Source: Auanema rhodensis (taxonomy: Eukaryota; Animalia; Nematoda). Taken from it: a DNA stretch of 64,000 nucleotides. The number at the start of each line of letters is the position of its first letter. Within the stretch, counting starts at the first letter, position 1. The notes under the pieces are model-generated. The model was given only the letters and a program-made list of their open reading frames with translations. It did not search any database and was not told the origin of the DNA. This document shows, in pieces, positions 55,081 to 64,000 of the stretch. The position numbers were made by a program, and so were the translations under genes. The DNA lies in NCBI GenBank assembly GCA_964057225.1, contig OZ059894.1, positions 12,462,001 through 12,526,000 on the forward strand. Direction: 5' to 3'.

Positions 55081-58000
55081 GCCAATGCAACAACATTTTT
55101 TTTAATGTGAGACAAATTGAAGCCTAATTTGATGAAAACTTTGAAACAGTTGCAGTGACTCACACATGAAAACACATGCCAAACCGTTTTTTCTATCTCA
55201 CAGTATAACAAGTAACTGAACAACATGAGCACGTCAAGGTTAAACAAGATTGATCATAATTTAACGAAACGTTTAAAAATATATGAATGAACTTAACTAT
55301 TATCTCACCAATATGCCAATAGAACAACTTTTTTTAATGTGAGACAGATTGCAGCATAATTTGATGAGAACTTTAGAACAGTTGCAGTGACTCACACATG
55401 GAAACACATGCCAAACCGTTTTTTCTATCTCACAGTATAACAAGTAACTGAACAACATAAGCTCGTCGAGGTTAAACAAGATTGATCATCATTTAACGAA
55501 ACGTTTAAATATATGAATGAACTTAACAATTATTTTACCAATATGCCAATGCAACAACTTTTTCTAATGTGAGACAAATTGAAGCCTAAGTTGATGAGAA
55601 CTTTGGAACAGTTGCAGTGACCCACACATGAAAACACATGCCAAACCGTTTTTTCTATCTCACATTATAACAAGTAACTGAACAACATAAGCACATCGAG
55701 GTTAAACGAGATTGATCATCATTTAACGAAACGTTTAAATATATGAATGAACTCAACAATTATTTTACCAATATGCCAATGCAACAACTTTTTCTAATGT
55801 GAGACAAATTGAAGCCTAAGTTGATAAGAACTTTGGAACAGTTGCAGTGACCCACACATGAAAACACATGCCAAACCGTTTTTTCTATCTCACATCATAA
55901 CAAGTAACTGAACAACATAAGCACATCGAGGTTAAACGAGATTGATCATCATTTAACGAAACGTTTGTATATATGAATGAACTTAACTATTATTTCACCA
56001 ATATGCCAATACAACAACTTTTTTTAATGTGAGACAAATTGCAGCATAATTGGATGAGAACTTTAGAACAGTTGCTGTGACTCACACTTGAAAACACATG
56101 CCAAACCGTTTTTTTTATCTCACAGTACAACAGAAAACTGAGCAACATATGAACATTGTGGTTGAACATGATGAGTCATCATTTACCGAAACGTTCGTAT
56201 ATATTATATGAATCAACTTAACAAATATTTCACCAATATGCCAATACAACAACATTTTTTTTAATGTGAGACAAATTGAAGCCTAATTTGATGGAAACTT
56301 TGAAACAGTTGCAGTGACTCACACATGAAAACACATGCCAAACCGTTTTTTCTATCTCACAGTATAACAAGTAACTGAACAACATAAACACGTCAAGGTT
56401 AAACAAGATTGATCATAATTTAACGAAACGTTTAAATATATGAATGAACTTAACTATTATCTCACCAATATGCCAATACAACAACTTTTTTTAATGTGAG
56501 ACGAATTGCAGCATAATTTGATGAGAACTTTGGAACAGTTGCAGTGACTTACACATGAAAACACATGCCAAACCGTTTTTTCTATCTCACATTATAACAA
56601 GTAACTGAACAACATAAGCACATCGAGGTTTAACAAGATTGATCATCATTCAACGAAACGTTTGTATATATGAATGAATTTAACATTTATTTTACCAATA
56701 ACCCAATGCAACTATCTTCTCTCATGTGAGACAAATTGAAGCCTAAGTTGATGAGAACTTTGGAACAGTTGCAGTGACTCACACATGAAAACACATGCCA
56801 AACCGTTTTTTCTATCTCACATTATAACAAGTAACTGAACAACATAAGCACGTCAAGGTTAAACAAGATTGATCATAATTAAACGAAACGTTTGAATATA
56901 TGAATGAACTTAACTATTATCTCACCAATATGCCAATAGAACAACTTTTTTTAATGTGAGACAGATTGCAGCATAATTTGATGAGAACTTTAGAACAGTT
57001 GCAGTGACTCACACATGAAAACACATGCCAAACCGTTTTTTCTATCTCACAGTATAACAAGTAACTGAACAACATAAGCTCGTCGAGGTTAAACAAGATT
57101 GATCATCATTTAACGAAACGTTTAAATATATGAATGAACTTAACAATTATTTTACCAATATGCCAATGCAACAACTTTTTCTAATGTGAGACAAATTGAA
57201 GCCTAAGTTGATGAGAACTTTGTAACAGTTGCAGTGACCCACACATGAAAACACATGCCAAACCGTTTTTTCTATCTCACATTATAACAAGTAACTGAAC
57301 AACATAAGCACGTCAAGGTTAAACAAGATTGATCATCATTTAACGAAACGTTTAAATATATGAATGAACTCAACAATTATTTTACCAATATGCCAATGCA
57401 ACAACTTTTTCTAATGTGAGACAAATTGAAGCATAATTGGATGAGAACTTTAGAACAGTTGCAGTGACTCACACTTGAAAACACATGCCAAACCGTTTTT
57501 TTTATCTCACAGTACAACAAAAAACTGAGCAACATATGAACACTGTGGTTGAACATGATGAGTCATCATTTACCGAAACGTTCGTATATTTAATATGAAT
57601 CAACTTAACAAATAATTCACCAATATGCCAATACAACAACATTTTTCTAAATGTGAGACAAATTGAAGCCTAATTTGATGGAAACTTTGAAACAGTTGCA
57701 GTGACTCACACATGAAAACACATGCCAAACCGTTTTTTCTATCTCACAGTATAACAAGTAACTGAACAACATAAGCACGTCAAGGTTAAACAAGATTGAT
57801 CATCATTCAACGAAACGTTTAAATATATGAATGAACTCAATAATTATTTTACCAATATGCCAATGCAACAACTTTTTCTAATGTGAGACAAATTGAAGCC
57901 TAAGTTGATGAGAACTTTGGAACAGTTGCAGTGACTCACACATGAAAACACATGCCGAACCGTTTTTTATATCTCACATTATAACAAGTAACTGAACAAC

Positions 58001-60261
58001 ATAAGCACATCGAGGTTAAACGAGATTGATCATCATTTAACGAAACGTTTAAATATATAAATGAACTTAACTATTATCTCACCAATATGCCAATACAACA
58101 ACTTTTTTTAATGTGAGACGAATTGCAGCATAATTTGATGAGAACTTTGGAGCAGTTGCAGTGACTTACACATGAAAACACATGCCAAACCGTTTTTTCT
58201 ATCTCACAGTACAACCGAAAACTGAGCAACATATGAACATTGTGGTTGAACATGATGAGTCATCATTTACCGAAACGTTCGTATATATTAAATGAATCAA
58301 CTTAACAAATATTTCACCAATATGCCAATACAACAACATTTTTTTTAATGTGAGACAAATTGAAGCCTAATTTGATGGAAACTTTGAAACAGTTGCAGTG
58401 ACTCACACATGAAAACACATGCCAAACCGTTTTTTCTATCTCACAGTATAACAAGTAACTGAACAACATAAGCACGTCAAGGTTAAACAAGATTGATCAT
58501 AATTTAACGAAACGTTTAAATATATGAATGAACTTAACTATTATCTCACCAATATGCCAATACAACAACTTTTTTTAATGTGAGACGAATTGCAGCATAA
58601 TTTGATGAGAACTTTGGAACAGTTGCAGTGACTTACACATGAAAACACATGCCAAACCGTTTTTTCTATCTCACATTATAACAAGTAACTGAACAACATA
58701 AGCACTTCGAGGTTTAACAAGATTGATCATCATTCAACAAAACGTTTGTATATATGAATGAATTTAACATTTATTTTACCAATAACCCAATGCAACTATC
58801 TTCTCTCATGTGAGACAAATTGAAGCCTAAGTTGATAAGAACTTTGGAACAGTTGCAGTGACCCACACATGAAAACACATGCCAAATCGTTTTTTCTATC
58901 TCACATTATAACAAGTAACTGAACAACATAAGCCCATCGAGGTTAAACAAGATTGATCATCATTCAACGAAACGTTTAAATATATGAATGAACTCAATAA
59001 TTATTTTACCAATATGCCAATGCAACAACTTTTTCTAATGTGAGACAAATTGAAGCCTAAGTTGATAAGAACTTTGGAACAGTTGCAGTGACTTACACAT
59101 GAAAACACATGCCAAACCGTTTTTTCTATCTCACATTATAACAAGTAACTGAACAACATAAGCTCGTCGAGGTTAAACAAGATTGATCATCATTTAACGA
59201 AACGTTTAAATATATGAATGAACTCAACAATTATTTTACCAATATGCCAATACAACAACATTTTTTTTAATGTGAGACAAATTAAAGCCTAATTTGATGA
59301 AAACTTCGAAACAGTTGCAGTGACTCACACATGAAAACACATGCCAAACCGTTTTTTCTATCTCACAGTATAACAAGTAACTGAACAACATGAGCACGTC
59401 AAGGTTAAACAAGATTGATCATAATTTAACGAAACGTTTAAAAATATATGAATGAACTTAACTATTATCTCACCAATATGCCAATAGAACAACTTTTCTT
59501 AATGTGAGACAGATTGCAGCATAATTTGATGAGAACTTTAGAACAGTTGCAGTGACTCACACATGGAAACACATGCCAAACCGTTTTTTCTATCTCACAG
59601 TATAACAAGTAACTGAACAACATAAGCTCGTCGAGGTTAAACAAGATTGATCATCATTTAACGAAACGTTTAAATATATGAATGAACTTAACAATTATTT
59701 TACCAATATGCCAATGCAACAACTTTTTCTAATGTGAGACAAATTGAAGCCTAAGTTGATGAGAACTTTGGAACAGTTGCAGTGACCCACACATGAAAAC
59801 ACATGCCAAACCGTTTTTTCTATCTCACATTATAACAAGTAACTGAACAACATAAGCACATCGAGGTTAAACGAGATTGATCATCATTTAACGAAACGTT
59901 TAAATATATGAATGAACTCAACAATTATTTTACCAATATGCCAATGCAACAACTTTTTCTAATGTGAGACAAATTGAAGCCTAAGTTGATGAGAACTTTG
60001 GAACAGTTGCAGTGACCCACACATGAAAACACATGCCAAACCGTTTTTTCTATCTCACATCATAACAAGTAACTGAACAACATAAGCACATCGAGGTTAA
60101 ACGAGATTGATCATCATTTAACGAAACGTTTGTATATATGAATGAACTTAACTATTATTTCACCAATATGCCAATACAACAACTTTTTTTAATGTGAGAC
60201 AAATTGCAGCATAACTGGATGAGAACTTTAGAACAGTTGCTGTGACTCACACTTGAAAACA

Positions 60262-62115
60262 CATGCCAAACCGTTTTTTTTATCTCACAGTACAACAGAA
60301 AACTGAGCAACATATGAACATTGTGGTTGAACATGATGAGTCATCATTTACCGAAACGTTCGTATATATTATATGAATCAACTTAACAAATATTTCACCA
60401 ATATGCCAATACAACAACATTTTTTTTAATGTGAGACAAATTGAAGCCTAATTTGATGGAAACTTTGAAACAGTTGCAGTGACTCACACATGAAAACACA
60501 TGCCAAACCGTTTTTTCTATCTCACAGTATAACAAGTAACTGAACAACATAAACACGTCAAGGTTAAACAAGATTGATCATAATTTAACGAAACGTTTAA
60601 ATATATGAATGAACTTAACTATTATCTCACCAATATGCCAATACAACAACTTTTTTTATTGTGAGACGAATTGCAGCATAATTTGATGAGAACTTTGGAA
60701 CAGTTGCAGTGACTTACACATGAAAACACATGCCAAACCGTTTTTTCTATCTCACATTATAACAAGTAACTGAACAACATAAGCACATCGAGGTTTAACA
60801 AGATTGATCATCATTCAACGAAACGTTTGTATATATGAATGAATTTAACATTTATTTTACCAATAACCCAATGCAACTATCTTCTCTCATGTGAGACAAA
60901 TTGAAGACTAAGTTGATAAGAACTTTGGAACAGTTGCAGTGACCCACACATGAAAACACATGCCAAATCGTTTTTTCTATCTCACATTATAACAAGTAAC
61001 TGAACAACATAAGCCCATCGAGGTTAAACAAGATTGATCATCATTCAACGAAACGTTTAAATATATGAATGAACTCAATAATTATTTTACCAATATGCCA
61101 ATGCAACAACTTTTTCTAATGTGAGACAAATTGAAGCCTAAGTTGATGAGAACTTTGGAACAGTTGCAGTGACTCACACATGAAAACACATGCCAAACCG
61201 TTTTTTTTATCTCACAGTACAACAGAAAACTGAGCAACATATGAACATTGTGGTTGAACATGATGAGTCATCATTTACCGAAACGTTCGTATATATTATA
61301 TGAATCAACTTAACAAATATTTCACCAATATGCCAATACAACAACATTTTTTTTAATGTGAGACAAATTGAAGCCTAATTTGATGGAAACTTTGAAACAG
61401 TTGCAGTGACTCACACATGAAAACACATGCCAAACCGTTTTTTCTATCTCACAGTATAACAAGTAACTGAACAACATAAACACGTCAAGGTTAAACAAGA
61501 TTGATCATAATTTAACGAAACGTTTAAATATATGAATGAACTTAACTATTATCTCACCAATATGCCAATACAACAACTTTTTTTATTGTGAGACGAATTG
61601 CAGCATAATTTGATGAGAACTTTGGAACAGTTGCAGTGACTTACACATGAAAACACATGCCAAACCGTTTTTTCTATCTCACATTATAACAAGTAACTGA
61701 ACAACATAAGCACATCGAGGTTTAACAAGATTGATCATCATTCAACGAAACGTTTGTATATATGAATGAATTTAACATTTATTTTACCAATAACCCAATG
61801 CAACTATCTTCTCTCATGTGAGACAAATTGAAGACTAAGTTGATAAGAACTTTGGAACAGTTGCAGTGACCCACACATGAAAACACATGCCAAATCGTTT
61901 TTTCTATCTCACATTATAACAAGTAACTGAACAACATAAGCCCATCGAGGTTAAACAAGATTGATCATCATTCAACGAAACGTTTAAATATATGAATGAA
62001 CTCAATAATTATTTTACCAATATGCCAATGCAACAACTTTTTCTAATGTGAGACAAATTGAAGCCTAAGTTGATGAGAACTTTGGAACAGTTGCAGTGAC
62101 TCACACATGAAAACA
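60262..62115. repeat. Tandem 4-monomer unit (927 bp) in two copies, with a related copy at 62806-63732
   Basis: D starts at 60262 and 61189. Both copies share rare variants ATAAACACGTC, TTTTATTGTGAG and GAAGACTAAG, and the last two recur at 63.2-63.5 kb. Confidence 0.88.
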
Positions 62116-64000
62116 CATGCCAAACCGTTTTTTCTATCTCACATTATAACAAGTAACTGAACAACATAAGCACGTCAAGGTTAAACAAGATTAATCATAA
62201 TTTAACGAAACGTTTGAATATATGAATGAACTTAACTATTATCTCACCAATATGCCAATAGAACAACTTTTTTTAATGTGAGACAGATTGCAGCATAATT
62301 TGATGAGAACTTTAGAACAGTTGCAGTGACTCACACATGAAAACACATGCCAAACCGTTTTTTCTATCTCACATTATAACAAGTTACTGAACAACATAAG
62401 CACGTCAAGGTTAAACAAGATTGATCATCATTTAACGAAACGTTTAAATATATGAATGAACTCAACAATTATTTTACCAATATGCCAATGCAACAACTTT
62501 TTCTAATGTGAGACAAATTGAAGCCTAAGTTGATGAGAACTTTGTAACAGTTGCAGTGACCCACACATGAAAACACATGCCAAACCGTTTTTTCTATCTC
62601 ACATTATAACAAGTAACTGAACAACATGAGCACGTCAAGGTTAAACAAGATTGATCATCATTTAACGAAACGTTTAAATATATGAATGAACTCAACAATT
62701 ATTTTACCAATATGCCAATGCAACAACTTTTTCTAATGTGAGACAAATTGAAGCATAATTGGATGAGAACTTTAGAACAGTTGCAGTGACTCACACTTGA
62801 AAACACATGCCAAACCGTTTTTTTTATCTCACAGTACAACAAAAAACTGAGCAACATATGAACACTGTGGTTGAACATGATGAGTCATCATTTACCGAAA
62901 CGTTCGTACATTTAATATGAATCAACTTAACAAATAATTCACCAATATGCCAATACAACAACATTTTTCCAAATGTGAGACAAATTGAAGCCTAATTTGA
63001 TGAAAACTTTGAAACAGTTGCAGTGATCCACACATGAAAACACATGCCAAACCGTTTTTTCTATCTCACAGTATAACAAGTAACTGAACAACATAAGCAC
63101 GTCAAGGTTAAACAAGATTGATCATAATTTAACGAAACGTTTAAATATATGAATGAACTTAACTATTATCTCACCAATATGCCAATACAACAACTTTTTT
63201 TATTGTGAGACGAATTGCAGCATAATTTGATGAGAACTTTGGAACAGTTGCAGTGACTTACACATGAAAACACATGCCAAACCGTTTTTTCTATCTCACA
63301 TTATAACAAGTAACTGAACAACATAAGCACATCGAGGTTTAACAAGATTGATCATCATTCAACGAAACGTTTGTATATATGAATGAATTTAACATTTATT
63401 TTACCAATAACCCAATGCAACTATCTTCTCTCATGTGAGACAAATTGAAGACTAAGTTGATAAGAACTTTGGAACAGTTGCAGTGACCCACACATGAAAA
63501 CACATGCCAAATCGTTTTTTCTATCTCACATTATAACAAGTAACTGAACAACATAAGCCCATCGAGGTTAAACAAGATTGATCATCATTCAACGAAACGT
63601 TTAAATATATGAATGAACTCAATAATTATTTTACCAATATGCCAATGCAACAACTTTTTCTAATGTGAGACAAATTGAAGCCTAAGTTGATGAGAACTTT
63701 GGAACAGTTGCAGTGACTCACACATGAAAACACATGCCAAACCGTTTTTTTTATCTCACAGTACAACAGAAAACTGAGCAACATATGAACATTGTGGTTG
63801 AACATGATGAGTCATCATTTACCGAAACGTTCGTATATATTATATGAATCAACTTAACAAATATTTCACCAATATGCCAATACAACAACATTTTTTTTAA
63901 TGTGAGACAAATTGAAGCCTAATTTGATGGAAACTTTGAAACAGTTGCAGTGACTCACACATGAAAACACATGCCAAACCGTTTTTTCTATCTCACAGTA

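Larger units (their letters stand above)
1..64000. repeat. Tandem satellite DNA array, ~230-bp monomer, ~280 head-to-tail copies, running off both ends of the window
   Basis: CATGCCAAACCG recurs at 1, 233, 463, 695, 925, 1155, 1385 (spacing 230 or 232) and continues to the window end. No inversion or foreign insertion was seen. Confidence 0.99.
22967..64000. repeat. Right satellite domain: diverged monomer types in a variable higher-order repeat
   Basis: Types nearly absent on the left recur here in fixed order: the 237-bp type, GCACGTCAAGG/GATCATAATTT, AATAACCCAATGCAACTATCTTCTCTC, CCAAATCG/GCCCATC and TTTAAAAATAT/CAATAGAAC. Confidence 0.88.

Noticed and set aside
1-64000. CRISPR array or other repeat-spacer system
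   Set aside because: There are no unique spacers. The entire 230-bp unit repeats, and no cas or other genes are present.
1-64000. Assignment to a named satellite family or species, or a definite centromere call
   Set aside because: I do not recognise the sequence. This needs BLAST, Dfam or Repbase searches and CENP-A/CENH3 data.

Overview
The whole 64-kb window is one uninterrupted, head-to-tail satellite DNA array. It contains about 280 copies of an AT-rich monomer (about 33% GC, hand-counted on one monomer), all in the same orientation. Monomers are 230 bp, with a 232-bp length class, a diverged 237-bp class and a 130-bp truncated unit. I found no genes, RNA genes, transposon insertions or unique sequence, and all six listed ORFs are incidental minus-strand readings of the repeat. 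The architecture is typical of eukaryotic centromeric, pericentromeric or heterochromatic satellite. I do not recognise the family or species. Internal structure: (i) each monomer is a 147-bp degenerate palindrome plus an 83-bp linker; (ii) a homogeneous left domain (1 to ~23 kb) abuts a right domain of diverged monomer types ordered into a variable higher-order repeat (4-, 8- and 9-mers); (iii) a 237-bp monomer with a perfect ATGATGAGTCATCAT dyad recurs 26 times; (iv) a 100-bp deletion junction recurs 10 times; (v) many nested monomer-phased duplications (offsets 462 to 7112 bp) record the expansion history. All counts and offsets were made by eye and need computational confirmation.
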